Below are positions 29,229 to 40,507 of a stretch of DNA of 64,000 nt, piece after piece. The first letter of the stretch is position 1. Every line of letters starts with the position of its first letter. Source of the stretch: Candidatus Coprenecus sp. (GTDB lineage: Bacteria > Bacteroidota > Bacteroidia > Bacteroidales > UBA932); NCBI GenBank assembly GCA_045595965.1, contig JAZOBN010000008.1, positions 86,998 to 150,997 of the forward strand, in the 5' to 3' direction. Position numbers and translations under genes: made by a program. A model generated the notes under the pieces. The model saw only the letters and a program-made list of their open reading frames with translations, was not told where the DNA came from and did not search any database.

Positions 29229-30674
29229 CTATCTCCTTCTCAGAATAAAGAAAATTGTAATCAAAGGGTATATTTCAAGACGTCCCAGCAACATCTGCAG
29301 AGAGAATATAAATTTTGCGAAAGAGGAGAAGTGACCGTAATTCTCCAAAGAGCCACAAGTACCGAAAGCTGGTCCAAGATTGGACATTAGGGAGAATGAT
29401 GAGGTAATGGAATCAATAAGATCGAGACCGGATGCTGCAAGGATAATTGCACTTGCTATGACAATAAAGAAGAAGAGTGAGACGAAAAGAGCCACACTTG
29501 AAGTAAGTTCCGCATCAATCTTATTGTTACCCACCTTTACAGGGACCACAGCGCTTGGGTGTAAAAGTTTCTTGATCTGTGTTTTTGCAGATTTTAATAG
29601 AATCCACACCCTGTCGACCTTAATACCACCAGTCGTTGAGCCTGAACACGCTCCCTGAATACCTAACATTAATAGAATCAATATCGAACATGTAGGCCAG
29701 ACAGATGTATCGGCTGTAGCAAATCCTACTGTGGCGCTGACTGTAATTACCTGGAAAGAGGACAAACGCAAAGCTTCGCCCCAACTCTTTATACCGCCAT
29801 TTGACAAGAGGTCAAATGAAATTACAAGTGTAGCAACTAAAATAGCGGTAAGGTAGAATCTTGTAATCGGCGACTTGAAAATCTTCGGAGATCTTGAAAT
29901 TATAGAGTTGTACATCAAGCCATAATGGAGAGAGGCAATTACTGTACACACCATTACTACCAACTCCACATTGAATGAATCATAGAACATAATCGACTCA
30001 TTTCTTGTGCTGAATCCTCCGGTAGCAACAATACTGAAAGCATGGTTGACGGCATCGAAAAACGGCATTCCTGCCAACACAAGGGAAACTGTAGAAATCA
30101 CGGTAATAGAAATATATACAATAGAGATGACCCTTATAATCTCCTTTGTTCTGTATTGGTAATTGCTCTTGGAGAGGGATGATATCTCCATTTTTGACAT
30201 TCTCAATCTGAATGTACTCATCGAAGGGAGCACAAGCAGCATAAAGATAACCACCCCAATACCACCGATAAAGTGTGTAGAGGAGCGCCAGAATACCAAA
30301 CCTGGAGGGAGTGCCTCTATATCGTTCAAGATAGTTGCACCGGTAGTGGTATATCCGGAGACAGATTCAAACCATGCATTTGCAATTGAGAACTCTCCAC
30401 CCCACATTATATATGGCATCATACCGAATATACAGGATAGTAGCCAGGCAAATATGGTAATGGTAAATCCCTCCGAGACTGAGGTTATCTCAGACTGTCG
30501 TACGAAAATCAGCGGAAATATCCCCACAATCAATGTTATGACACCACTGATGAGCAAAGGGGCAAAAGAGGAATCAATCCCGTAGATGAGTGACACCATC
30601 ATCGAGAGGAACATAAACACTGCATTGAAAATCAGTGTTATTCCCAAATACCTTGCTATCAGTTTGATATTCAT
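29229..30674 (-). CDS. trkH: TrkH-family K+ uptake membrane subunit
   Basis: 481 aa polytopic protein with repeated pore-loop-like segments (SGYTTTGAT, VATGGFSTRN, SATVGFATAD, CSGSTTGGIKV). Confidence 0.85.
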   Translation of the reverse strand: MNIKLIARYLGITLIFNAVFMFLSMMVSLIYGIDSSFAPLLISGVITLIVGIFPLIFVRQSEITSVSEGFTITIFAWLLSCIFGMMPYIMWGGEFSIANAWFESVSGYTTTGATILNDIEALPPGLVFWRSSTHFIGGIGVVIFMLLVLPSMSTFRLRMSKMEISSLSKSNYQYRTKEIIRVISIVYISITVISTVSLVLAGMPFFDAVNHAFSIVATGGFSTRNESIMFYDSFNVELVVMVCTVIASLHYGLMYNSIISRSPKIFKSPITRFYLTAILVATLVISFDLLSNGGIKSWGEALRLSSFQVITVSATVGFATADTSVWPTCSILILLMLGIQGACSGSTTGGIKVDRVWILLKSAKTQIKKLLHPSAVVPVKVGNNKIDAELTSSVALFVSLFFFIVIASAIILAASGLDLIDSITSSFSLMSNLGPAFGTCGSLENYGHFSSFAKFIFSLQMLLGRLEIYPLITIFFILRRR

Positions 30675-31456
30675 TTTTTCTTCTTCAGAAGTCTGTTTTC
30701 CTCTATGATCTCCTTAATGTTGGTATTTAGCTCCTGCAATTGGTCCCCTCCATAATCGAACCTGATATCATAACCTTTGTTGTACTCTTTATATTTTTTC
30801 AATCCAAGGTTAATTTTCAGTATCGGCTTCAGGACAAAGATGTTGATAAAATAATTGAACAGTATCACAAGGACAATTCCCACACCCATAGCGATAATGA
30901 TGGGGACTATAGAGCGATAAAATCCGTCATTGAGATTGTAATAGTTCTCAGCCAGGGCATTTTGTGAGACCAATGTGAGTCTCTGGATATATTCACGCAA
31001 TTGTTCATACACCCCTTGAAGTCTGTTGAAATACCACTCGCGCCTTACAGAATAACCGTTCAGCCATATTTCCGGCACCTCCTGAACAACATGCATATAT
31101 GCCACATAAGCATACCTTACCGAGTCGGCCATAGCCTTCTCCTCATCGATGGTAAAGTGTTCCTGGAGCCTCTCAAGGCTGATGGAGAAATCTTCATTAC
31201 CCTCAAAATCTGGAATTTCAGTAATACCCTGTTCACCTATCTTTTCAAGGATATACGTGTTATATTCCTCACTCATATTCATAAGATTGCGGGATATATT
31301 AACACTTGCCATATTGTCTGTCAAGATCGACGAGACATACTGACTCATCCTCTGGAACTCAAAGAATGAGATGATTCCTGCAATAAAAAGAATCAGTCCT
31401 ATCACTATTGAACCAAGGAGTACTTTGCTTTTTATACCGAGCGTGTTCCGTTTCAT
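30671..31456 (-). CDS. Sensor-like membrane protein (TM, about 150-aa helical extracytoplasmic domain of 4HB_MCP type, TM, HAMP-like stub) with no output domain
   Basis: I prefer ATG 31456 (MKRNTLGIKSKVLLGSIVIGLILFIAGIISFF). The second TM is IVPIIIAMGVGIVLVILFNYFINIFVL. It is followed by only about 55 aa (KPILKINLGLKKYKEYNKGYDIRFDYGGDQLQELNTNIKEIIEENRLLKKKK). The stop overlaps the trkH start (ATGA). Confidence 0.6.
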   Translation of the reverse strand: MKRNTLGIKSKVLLGSIVIGLILFIAGIISFFEFQRMSQYVSSILTDNMASVNISRNLMNMSEEYNTYILEKIGEQGITEIPDFEGNEDFSISLERLQEHFTIDEEKAMADSVRYAYVAYMHVVQEVPEIWLNGYSVRREWYFNRLQGVYEQLREYIQRLTLVSQNALAENYYNLNDGFYRSIVPIIIAMGVGIVLVILFNYFINIFVLKPILKINLGLKKYKEYNKGYDIRFDYGGDQLQELNTNIKEIIEENRLLKKKK

Positions 31457-31460
31457 GGCA

Positions 31461-31468
31461 CAAATATA
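31461..31468 (-). promoter_or_regulatory. -7 promoter box (TATATTTG) for the sensor-like gene and trkH, near-leaderless
   Basis: Exact TAnnTTTG on the minus strand ending 4 nt before ATG 31456. It sits immediately after the gap terminator. Confidence 0.4.
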
Positions 31469-31469
31469 T

Positions 31470-31501
31470 AAAAAAACGGACAACCGATACCGGTTGTCCG
31501 T
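31470..31501 (-). terminator. Rho-independent terminator of gap
   Basis: Perfect 11-bp stem ACGGACAACCG (31501-31491 on the minus strand) / CGGTTGTCCGT with a 4-nt loop, followed by T7 on the minus strand. Confidence 0.85.
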
Positions 31502-31524
31502 TCATTATTGGAATCTGAATCAGA

Positions 31525-32532
<1,008 letters not shown>

Positions 32533-32578
32533 TTATATCTTTTATAAATTAAACAATATCTACTTTACTAAAAGCGTG

Positions 32579-32586
32579 CAAATTTA
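32579..32586 (-). promoter_or_regulatory. -7 promoter box (TAAATTTG) for gap
   Basis: Exact TAnnTTTG on the minus strand, 50 nt upstream of ATG 32529. Confidence 0.45.
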
Positions 32587-32609
32587 GAAATTTCTCCAAT
32601 AAAATAAAC

Positions 32610-32617
32610 TATATTTG
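32610..32617 (+). promoter_or_regulatory. -7 promoter box (TATATTTG) for surE-lpxB-dapF
   Basis: Exact TAnnTTTG, 18 nt upstream of ATG 32635. Confidence 0.45.
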
Positions 32618-32634
32618 CGTAAGATTTTTTGGAT

Positions 32635-33417
32635 ATGAACAAAAAAATTGATATACTTATAACCAACGATGACAGCATCAACGCCAAAGGGATCCATTTT
32701 CTTGCAAAAATGATGACCCGGTATGGAAACGTCACCGTTGTAGCCCCTGCCGAGCCCCAATCTGGCAAATCTGCGGCGCTATCCCTGGCCACCCCGCAAT
32801 ATCTAAAAAAAGTTCATTACGAAGATGGTCTGAGGATCTACTCTTTTGAAGGGACCCCTGTCGATTGCATAAAACTTGCAATCAATGAGTTTTTTCACGA
32901 CAAACGTCCCGATCTGATCGTTTCAGGGATAAATCATGGTTCAAATGCCTCCGTTGCATCTCTATATTCAGGGACCCTTGGCGCTTGCATTGAGGGGACA
33001 CTTTATGACATCCCTTCAATTGGTTTCTCCATCAATACACATGATGAAGATCCCGATTTTTCTTCGGTGGAGCGGTACGGGAAAATAATAATGGACAAAT
33101 ATTTCCAGAATCCTCCATCTCCAGATGTCTATCTTAACATCAACTTTCCTGCAATCCCCGCTGACCAGGTAAAAGGGATAAAAACAGCTCGCAGAGGGCG
33201 TGGAAGATGGATTAAGGAGTATGAGATCCGCAACGACGAGAATGGTGGCAAATACTATTTCATGAAAGGTGAATTTGAAAATCTTGAAACCGACATGACT
33301 CAGGGAGACCACATTCTCAATGTAATAGGCAATTATGTAACAATCGTTCCTCACAAGATAGACAACACCGATTATCAGGAGATGGAACGTCTGAAAACAA
33401 TCTGGGAACTCGACTAA
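32635..33417 (+). CDS. surE: 5'/3'-nucleotidase SurE
   Basis: The listed start 32629 is TTG. I use ATG 32635, which gives MNKKIDILITNDDSINAKGI. The SurE NDD motif is present. Confidence 0.88.
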   Translation: MNKKIDILITNDDSINAKGIHFLAKMMTRYGNVTVVAPAEPQSGKSAALSLATPQYLKKVHYEDGLRIYSFEGTPVDCIKLAINEFFHDKRPDLIVSGINHGSNASVASLYSGTLGACIEGTLYDIPSIGFSINTHDEDPDFSSVERYGKIIMDKYFQNPPSPDVYLNINFPAIPADQVKGIKTARRGRGRWIKEYEIRNDENGGKYYFMKGEFENLETDMTQGDHILNVIGNYVTIVPHKIDNTDYQEMERLKTIWELD

Positions 33418-33418
33418 G

Positions 33419-34561
33419 ATGAAATACTACATCATATCAGGAGAGGCATCGGGAGATCTCCACGGATCAAACCTGATGAAAGGTCTATATGCCTCCGATC
33501 CATCATGCGAAGTAAGATTCTGGGGGGGAGACAAAATGGCTGCCGTAGGGGGATCAATGGTCCGGCACTACAAGGAGACTGCAGTCATGGGATTTGTAGA
33601 GGTGCTCGCTAAAGCAAAAATGGTCCTTGGCAACCTCTCATTCTGCAAAAAAGATCTTCTTGAATATGCACCTGATGTAGTTATCCTTATCGATTATGCC
33701 GGCTTCAATCTGAAAATTGCCAAGTTTGCCAAATCTCACGGAATCAAGGTTTTCTACTACATTGCCCCAAAAGTATGGGCATGGAAAGAGGGGAGAATCA
33801 AGAACCTGCGTGAAGATGTGGACAAACTATTCATCATATTTCCGTTTGAAATTGAATATTTCAACAAACATGGTATAGAGACTATATACAGAGGAAACCC
33901 GTTGATTGACAGCATTGCCAACCACCCCTCCTCTACCGAAACACGACAAGATTTTCTTAACAGGCACCAACTCGAAGACAAGCCCTCCATTGTCCTCCTC
34001 CCCGGGAGCAGAAAGGGTGAAATCGGATGGCTGATGCCCCGATACATTGAGGCGGCCCGACATTTTCCATCTGAATATCAAATTCTCCTCACAGCCGCCC
34101 CATCAATCGAGAGAGAATATTACACAAAATATCTGAGCGGAACCCGGATCAAACTTATTGAAAACGACACCTATGCCGCGATACGCCACTCCGAGGCAGC
34201 TGTTGTTGCATCCGGAACAGCAAGTCTGGAGACAGCACTGATCGGAACTCCTCAGGTAGTATGTTATGGTGGTAATCCAATCTCATTCTACATTGCCAAG
34301 AGGCTTGTAATGCGCTCATCCATTTCATATATCTCACTGGGGAATATAATTATAAACAAACAGGCTTTCCGGGAACTTCTCCAAGATGACTGTACACCCG
34401 AAACGATTTGCCAAGAGGTAAATAATCTCATCTTCGACAAGGGATACAGGGGGACAATGATGGAGAGATATGGGGAGATACGGAGTGCCCTCGGATCTGA
34501 AGGGGCCTCTGTCAAGGTGGCACAAGCAATGATTAACGAACTTAAAAACCAAATAAAGTGA
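33419..34561 (+). CDS. lpxB: Lipid-A-disaccharide synthase
   Basis: 380 aa. The N-terminus MKYYIISGEASGDLHGSNLM is characteristic of LpxB. Confidence 0.9.
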   Translation: MKYYIISGEASGDLHGSNLMKGLYASDPSCEVRFWGGDKMAAVGGSMVRHYKETAVMGFVEVLAKAKMVLGNLSFCKKDLLEYAPDVVILIDYAGFNLKIAKFAKSHGIKVFYYIAPKVWAWKEGRIKNLREDVDKLFIIFPFEIEYFNKHGIETIYRGNPLIDSIANHPSSTETRQDFLNRHQLEDKPSIVLLPGSRKGEIGWLMPRYIEAARHFPSEYQILLTAAPSIEREYYTKYLSGTRIKLIENDTYAAIRHSEAAVVASGTASLETALIGTPQVVCYGGNPISFYIAKRLVMRSSISYISLGNIIINKQAFRELLQDDCTPETICQEVNNLIFDKGYRGTMMERYGEIRSALGSEGASVKVAQAMINELKNQIK

Positions 34562-35349
34562 AAGCATACAAATATCAGGGAGCGGGAAATGACTTTGTCA
34601 TTTTTGACAACCGCAACGGAGAAATAAAACTCGATGATTCTCAAATCAGACTGCTTTGTGACCGCAGATATGGAATCGGTGCAGACGGACTTATGTTGTT
34701 GAATGCAAGCACCAATCCTGAGAGGGATTTTGAGATGAAATTTTACAATGCCGATGGATTTGAAGGGGATATGTGCGGAAATGGTGCAAGATGTCTTGTT
34801 GCATTTGCCGCCCACAGAGGTCTCAAATCTTTCCGCTTTGATGCAAGGGACGGCTATCACGAAGGTTTTGTCCTCGAATACGGAAAAAGGTGTATCATCA
34901 GGGTAAAAATCAAGGATGTAAAGACCATCTACAAATATTCAGACAATATGTACTACGCTGATACAGGAGTAGATCATGTTGTTCAATTCAGAGATGATCT
35001 TGACACTATGGATATTGAGAAGGATGGACCATACTGGAGGTACCATAAAGATTTTCCAAAAGGGACAAATGTCAATTTCATACAGGAAAAAGAGGACGGT
35101 CTTCACATCAGAACCTGGGAGAGGGGTGTAGAGGCAGAGACATACGCATGCGGCACAGGGGCAACAGCATCTGCCATCTCCGCATACAAAGATGGACGCA
35201 AATGCTGCACAATATCTGAAGACGGGACAATCAAATATACGGTAAAGACCCTCAAAGACACCCTCGCGATCGATTTCAAGGATGATTTGACAAATGTCTA
35301 CCTTACAGGTCCTGCAACATTTGTATTTGAAACTGATATTGAGCTATAA
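34558..35349 (+). CDS. dapF: Diaminopimelate epimerase
   Basis: YQGAGNDFVIFD, and both catalytic Cys motifs (MCGNGARC, ACGTGATA). Confidence 0.9.
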   Translation: MKAYKYQGAGNDFVIFDNRNGEIKLDDSQIRLLCDRRYGIGADGLMLLNASTNPERDFEMKFYNADGFEGDMCGNGARCLVAFAAHRGLKSFRFDARDGYHEGFVLEYGKRCIIRVKIKDVKTIYKYSDNMYYADTGVDHVVQFRDDLDTMDIEKDGPYWRYHKDFPKGTNVNFIQEKEDGLHIRTWERGVEAETYACGTGATASAISAYKDGRKCCTISEDGTIKYTVKTLKDTLAIDFKDDLTNVYLTGPATFVFETDIEL

Positions 35350-35351
35350 GA

Positions 35352-36029
35352 TTAGCGTGAACCAAATATCGATGTCCCAACCCTTACCATAGTGCTCCCC
35401 ATTTGTGCTGCAATATGGTAATCGTTGGACATACCGAATGAAAGTTCGCTGAAATTTTCCAGGAAACTAAAATTCAATGATCTGATTCTGCTATTGAGGT
35501 CAAGGAGAGTCTGGAATTCCCTTTTCACTTGCTCCATATCATCTGTAAATGAGGCCATTCCCATCAATCCTGATATAGACACATTTCTGAGTCTTTCAAT
35601 CAAATCTTGACTACTTTGCACCCTCTCAAGCAAATCGACAACCTCATTTGGGGAGAATCCTTGCTTTGTCTCCTCTGAAGCAATGAACACCTCAAGAAGG
35701 ATAGAGACCTTGTACCCGTTTCTGTTACAATAGTCGGCAATTTCCAGAAGTAGTTTTTCCGAATCAACAGAATGAATCAGGGAGACATATGGGACAACCA
35801 TCTTGATCTTGTTTGTCTGAAGATGTCCAATAAAATGCCATTGGATATCTTTGGGGAGCACCTCCACTTTAGCTTTCAATTCCTGCGGACGGCTCTCTGC
35901 AAAGATTCTCTGTCCGGCTTCATACCCCTGATGTATAGCTTCGACAGGTTTGAATTTGGAAACTGCCACCAACTTTGTCTGTGGTGGCAGTTCCTTTATA
36001 ATGGTACGGATATTCTCCTTAATGCTCAT
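35352..36029 (-). CDS. yggS: YggS-family pyridoxal-phosphate homeostasis protein
   Basis: 225 aa. KLVAVSKFKP (PLP lysine) and C-terminal RVGTSIFG. Confidence 0.88.
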   Translation of the reverse strand: MSIKENIRTIIKELPPQTKLVAVSKFKPVEAIHQGYEAGQRIFAESRPQELKAKVEVLPKDIQWHFIGHLQTNKIKMVVPYVSLIHSVDSEKLLLEIADYCNRNGYKVSILLEVFIASEETKQGFSPNEVVDLLERVQSSQDLIERLRNVSISGLMGMASFTDDMEQVKREFQTLLDLNSRIRSLNFSFLENFSELSFGMSNDYHIAAQMGSTMVRVGTSIFGSR

Positions 36030-37897
36030 TATCTTCTTTTTTGCTGTTGCTGTTGTTTCAACATCTCCTGTTGTGCTTTTGCAGCCTCTTCAAGTCTTTG
36101 TTGGAATTTTGATTTTGGTTTATTCTTCACCTTCACAGAGTTTTTCTGAATCTGCGCAAGAATCTTCTTCTCATCCACAAAGAATTTTCTGATAACCCAG
36201 GTCATCAGCATTGTGATGATGTTTGACAACATATAGTAGTAACACAACGCACTTGAGAGGTTATTACAGATGAACAACATCATGAATGGCATGAAATAAA
36301 GTGTCATAAACTTCATACCCGGCATCTGTCCCGAATCACCTTGCTGTGCATAAGTCATCTTCGAGTACAGGAACATAGTGATGAATACAAGGATTGCAAA
36401 CAAGCTCACGTGATCTCCATACAATGGAATCTTAAATGGCAGTTCAAGGATTGAGTCGTATGAACTCAAATCCTCTACCCATAGGAAAGGCTGTTGTCTC
36501 AACTCGAATGATGCAGGGAAGAATCTGAACATCGCAAATAGAACAGGGAACTGCAAAAGCATTGGAAGACACCCTCCGAACATGCTTATTCCACTCTTCT
36601 TGTACAGATCCATGGTCTCCTGCTGCTTTTTCATTGCATCCTCCTGTTTAGGATACTTGGCATTGATCTTGTCAATCTCAGGTTTGATTACTTTCATCTT
36701 GGCAGATGAGACAAACGACTTGATAGTCAAAGGGGAGATTACAAGTTTAAGCAAAAGGGTCATAATCAAAATGATTATACCATAGTTTGCTATCGAGTTG
36801 TTGAAGAAATCGAATATAGGGATGATTACCCATCTGTTGATCCAGCCCACCAGCCAGCCACCAAGGGGGACGATTTTCTCATACCCCTCACCATAACTCT
36901 TCAGAGTCTTGAAGTGGTTAGGACCAAAATAGAATGAGAATGGGATTGTCACCGACTCTGCAGGTGTGTATGCAACTTGCATATTTGCATTACATTGCAT
37001 CAGGTTCTTATGTAGGTCGTTCTCCTTGAAGAATGCAAATGAGAGGTCTCCCCCTTCAAAATCGTTCTCTGCATCAAGAATTGCAGAGAAGAACTGCTGC
37101 TGGAACGCGAACCATGACACTTTAGTTGTAATCTCCTTTGAAGCAGACTCTTTTCTCAAACCAAGATTCTCAACATCCTCGTCATTAGGATACTTGAAAT
37201 CGACTGTAGAATAGTTACGTTCATTATCGTACCCTTTTTCAAGTCTTGGGATATCAAGCTTCCATGTCACATCAAAATTTCTCGCATTTCTCGAGATATA
37301 TTGATCCATATTGACAAGATTGAAGTCGAATTTCACTTCATAACTACCCTGAGGAAGATAATACGCATATTCGATATATGAATCGTGGGCAAATGGCAAT
37401 CTCATTTTCAATGTAGAGTCGGTACTCTCGACTGTATTGAAAGTGAAGTTTCTTGTATCCAGCATTTGTGTAGTATAGAACTGGATACCAAAATCGCTCT
37501 GACCCTCTTTTACGATATTCAGAGCAAGACTGTCGTAAGTAAAATAATCCTTGATCTCGACATTGTATGCCTGTGCACCTCTTGTGGTATATACAGCCTT
37601 TATTTTATCATTTTCCAATGTATAGAACTGAGCCGGTGCATTATATGCAGCTTCAAGAAGTGAATCTTTATACACATAGGCATATTGTGACTTTGATTGT
37701 GGCTGGGTACCAAGTACCGAAAGGCTGTCGGCTCTGGTCGCCATTTCTGCAGCATATTCCAATGCTCTTGCCTGGGCAATGGAATCCTGCTCCATCTGGT
37801 ATGCTCTCTGCTTTTCAAATTGTTTTGAGTTGTAAACACTGAATCCAATAAGAATTGCTCCCATGAGCAACATACCAATGAAGGTGTTCTTATTCAT
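36029..37897 (-). CDS. yidC: Membrane protein insertase YidC
   Basis: 622 aa. N-terminal TM, large periplasmic domain and a C-terminal 5-TM insertase core with a basic tail. The stop overlaps the yggS start (TAATG). Confidence 0.9.
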   Translation of the reverse strand: MNKNTFIGMLLMGAILIGFSVYNSKQFEKQRAYQMEQDSIAQARALEYAAEMATRADSLSVLGTQPQSKSQYAYVYKDSLLEAAYNAPAQFYTLENDKIKAVYTTRGAQAYNVEIKDYFTYDSLALNIVKEGQSDFGIQFYTTQMLDTRNFTFNTVESTDSTLKMRLPFAHDSYIEYAYYLPQGSYEVKFDFNLVNMDQYISRNARNFDVTWKLDIPRLEKGYDNERNYSTVDFKYPNDEDVENLGLRKESASKEITTKVSWFAFQQQFFSAILDAENDFEGGDLSFAFFKENDLHKNLMQCNANMQVAYTPAESVTIPFSFYFGPNHFKTLKSYGEGYEKIVPLGGWLVGWINRWVIIPIFDFFNNSIANYGIIILIMTLLLKLVISPLTIKSFVSSAKMKVIKPEIDKINAKYPKQEDAMKKQQETMDLYKKSGISMFGGCLPMLLQFPVLFAMFRFFPASFELRQQPFLWVEDLSSYDSILELPFKIPLYGDHVSLFAILVFITMFLYSKMTYAQQGDSGQMPGMKFMTLYFMPFMMLFICNNLSSALCYYYMLSNIITMLMTWVIRKFFVDEKKILAQIQKNSVKVKNKPKSKFQQRLEEAAKAQQEMLKQQQQQKRR

Positions 37898-37907
37898 ACT
37901 TTTCTAT

Positions 37908-39725
37908 CTATTCAAACTGGTTATCGATTTCTTTGATCTTAGCTTCAAGTTCTTCAAGTTCAGTTTTGGCCGCTTCGATCTTCTTCAGAATCTCCTTGAT
38001 CAGAGGTTCTGCATTCTTTGAGCTTGCAAAGAAGCCCATATTGTTTTCATAAGTTGCGATTTCACTCTCTTTCTTACGGAATTTCTGAACAAGTTTTTCT
38101 CTCTCAGTTTTCAAAGGATTTGTCTCTTTGCGTCCTCTGTTATCCTTTCCGTAACGTTTGGCTCTTGATAGACCCTGGAATTTGGCATCCAGAGCCTCTT
38201 TGTACATAGCCTGAACTTTATCCTTCTCTTTGATAGGGACAAAACCTATCTCATTCCATCTCTGTACAAAGTCTCTCATTGCCTCAGAATCATTCCCTTC
38301 AGATTCGTACTCTTTAATCTCCTCGATGAGGGCAAGTTTCTTATTGAGGTTCTCCACATACTCCGGATCAATACCACCATAATTCTTCTCCTTATTGTCG
38401 AAGAAATAGTCACAAGCAGCACGGAATCTGTTCCATATCTGCTCTGATTTCTTGCGGGAAACAGGGCCGGTCTCCTTCCAGATTCTCTGCAATTCAATAA
38501 GATCCTCTGTTGTTTTTTTCCAATCGGTGCTCTCTTTCATTGCTTCAGCCTTCTCACACAACTCGATCTTCTTCTCCATATTGCGGGTCATCTGATCCTT
38601 GAATTGAGAATAGTACTCTCTCTTGCGGTTATAGAACTGATCGCAAGCAGCACGGAATCTGTCATATATCTTCTGGTTCTCTTTCTTGGATGCAAATCCG
38701 ATACCCTTCCACTCCTTTTGAAGTGCATCAAGCTCTTTTGATGCATCGTTCCAACCATTTGAACTGTCAATTTCCCTTGAAGCGATAGCCTCTGCTTTCT
38801 CGCAAAGTATGCTCTTGGCAGCAAGATTCTCTTTCTGTTCCACTTTAACCTTCTCAAAGTGTGCCTGATGTTTCTTGTTCACCTGCGAAGTAGCAGCTTT
38901 GAATCTGTCCCAGATAGCATCTCTATACTCCTTCTCCACCGGACCGAACTCTTTCCATTCATCGTGAAGTTTCTGTAGTTTTGCAAAAGCATTCACCACA
39001 TTCTCCTCTTCAGCAAGTTTTTCAGCTGCTTCACACAAAGCGGTTTTAGCCTCAAGATTCTTCTTGAAATCCAGGTCTCTGAGTTCATTGTTAATCTTCA
39101 CATAATCATAGAACAACTCTACATAGTGCTGATATGTCTCGTAAGTATCCTTGACCTTGTTCTGAGGAACAGGGCCTGACTCACGCCATCTTGTCTGCAG
39201 AGTTCTGAATTTAGGGAAAGTGGTATTGATATCTTCCTGAGTTTCAAGAAGAGATTTAAGTTCTTCTATGATTCCTTGCTTTACAACAAGATTCTCATCT
39301 TTTTTCTGTTCAAGTTCCTGAAGATGTGATGCCCTTGCAACTTTATATTTTGAAAAAACATCTTTGAAAGCATTCTCCACCTCTGCAAATGGATTCTCAG
39401 AAACAGCTGGTGCTTCATCTTCAGCAACCACTTCGCTCTCCACAGGCTCAACATAACCTGCTGCGATTTTCTCCCTCTTCAGTGTTTTATAGAAAATAGC
39501 CTTGATAGGCTCAGCATATTTGTACATCTCTTGAGAGTCTCCCCTCTCCACGACTTCCTGGAAAACAGTTACAATATCTTTCAAACTTTTGGATGAAAGA
39601 TCCTGGAGCAAATCTTCACTCTGGTTGGTTTCAATTGTTTCTTCGGTATTTTCAAGGAGAGGTGCATTTGGCATTACCTCCTCGAATTGCTCTTGAGAAG
39701 CAGTAGTTTTAATCTCTTCGCTCAT
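37908..39725 (-). CDS. DUF349 repeat protein
   Basis: 605 aa, highly charged. Contains repeated about 75-aa units with W(K/R)E.GPV...IW.RF(K/R)AA(C/T)D.F. Confidence 0.75.
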   Translation of the reverse strand: MSEEIKTTASQEQFEEVMPNAPLLENTEETIETNQSEDLLQDLSSKSLKDIVTVFQEVVERGDSQEMYKYAEPIKAIFYKTLKREKIAAGYVEPVESEVVAEDEAPAVSENPFAEVENAFKDVFSKYKVARASHLQELEQKKDENLVVKQGIIEELKSLLETQEDINTTFPKFRTLQTRWRESGPVPQNKVKDTYETYQHYVELFYDYVKINNELRDLDFKKNLEAKTALCEAAEKLAEEENVVNAFAKLQKLHDEWKEFGPVEKEYRDAIWDRFKAATSQVNKKHQAHFEKVKVEQKENLAAKSILCEKAEAIASREIDSSNGWNDASKELDALQKEWKGIGFASKKENQKIYDRFRAACDQFYNRKREYYSQFKDQMTRNMEKKIELCEKAEAMKESTDWKKTTEDLIELQRIWKETGPVSRKKSEQIWNRFRAACDYFFDNKEKNYGGIDPEYVENLNKKLALIEEIKEYESEGNDSEAMRDFVQRWNEIGFVPIKEKDKVQAMYKEALDAKFQGLSRAKRYGKDNRGRKETNPLKTEREKLVQKFRKKESEIATYENNMGFFASSKNAEPLIKEILKKIEAAKTELEELEAKIKEIDNQFE

Positions 39726-39765
39726 AGTTGACAGTGAAATTCGTGGTTAATAATTTTATAATTCG

Positions 39766-39773
39766 CAAATATA
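39766..39773 (-). promoter_or_regulatory. -7 promoter box (TATATTTG) for DUF349-yidC-yggS
   Basis: Exact TAnnTTTG on the minus strand, 40 nt upstream of ATG 39725. Confidence 0.45.
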
Positions 39774-39805
39774 CATTTTATTTTTAATAGATTGGCAGAA
39801 ATAAG

Positions 39806-39813
39806 TAATTTTG
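39806..39813 (+). promoter_or_regulatory. -7 promoter box (TAATTTTG) for trmD
   Basis: Exact TAnnTTTG ending 7 nt before ATG 39821. Confidence 0.4.
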
Positions 39814-39820
39814 CACCATT

Positions 39821-40507
39821 ATGAGAATTGATATTATCTCCGCTGTACCGGACATATTGGAAAGTCCGCTAAATTACTCGATTATCAAGAGGGCCAAGGA
39901 GAAAGGTCTTGTGGAAATCAACATAGTAAATCTTCACGATTACGGCAAAGGGAACTATAAACAGATCGATGACTACTCCTATGGTGGAGATGCCGGAATG
40001 GTAATTATGCCAGAGCCTCTTTACAAGGCGATTACAGATCTGACTTCACAAAGGAAATACGATTACGTGATCTACACCTCCCCAGACGGAGAACTCCTTG
40101 ACCAGCCACTTGCCAACTCACTCTCCTGTGCAGAAAATATCATTATCTTGTGTGGCCATTACAAAGGGATTGACCACCGTATCAGGGAACATCTCATTAC
40201 CAAAGAGATATCTATCGGGAACTACGTCTTGAGTGGAGGAGAGCTTGCCGCTGCAGTTATATGCGACTCAATTATAAGACTGATACCTGGAGCAATTACA
40301 GATGAAATGTCCGCTTTGAGCGACTCTTTCCAGGATGGTCTCCTCGCCCCCCCTATCTACACCCGTCCTGCCAATTTTATGGGTTGGGAAGTCCCCCCTG
40401 TACTACTTTCCGGCAACACCAGACTCATCCGTGAGTGGCAAGAAAAAAAAGCCCTCGAGAGGACCCGAGAGCTTAGACCTGAACTTCTTGAAGGGTTGGA
40501 AGATTAA
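39821..40507 (+). CDS. trmD: tRNA (guanine37-N1)-methyltransferase
   Basis: 228 aa. [17 protein letters not shown], the [10 protein letters not shown] segment and [14 protein letters not shown] are TrmD signatures. Confidence 0.9.
   Translation: MRIDIISAVPDILESPLNYSIIKRAKEKGLVEINIVNLHDYGKGNYKQIDDYSYGGDAGMVIMPEPLYKAITDLTSQRKYDYVIYTSPDGELLDQPLANSLSCAENIIILCGHYKGIDHRIREHLITKEISIGNYVLSGGELAAAVICDSIIRLIPGAITDEMSALSDSFQDGLLAPPIYTRPANFMGWEVPPVLLSGNTRLIREWQEKKALERTRELRPELLEGLED

Noticed and set aside
34288-34860. 190-aa minus-strand ORF
   Set aside because: It is antisense to the lpxB/dapF junction, where both sense genes carry clear signatures. I treat it as a shadow ORF.
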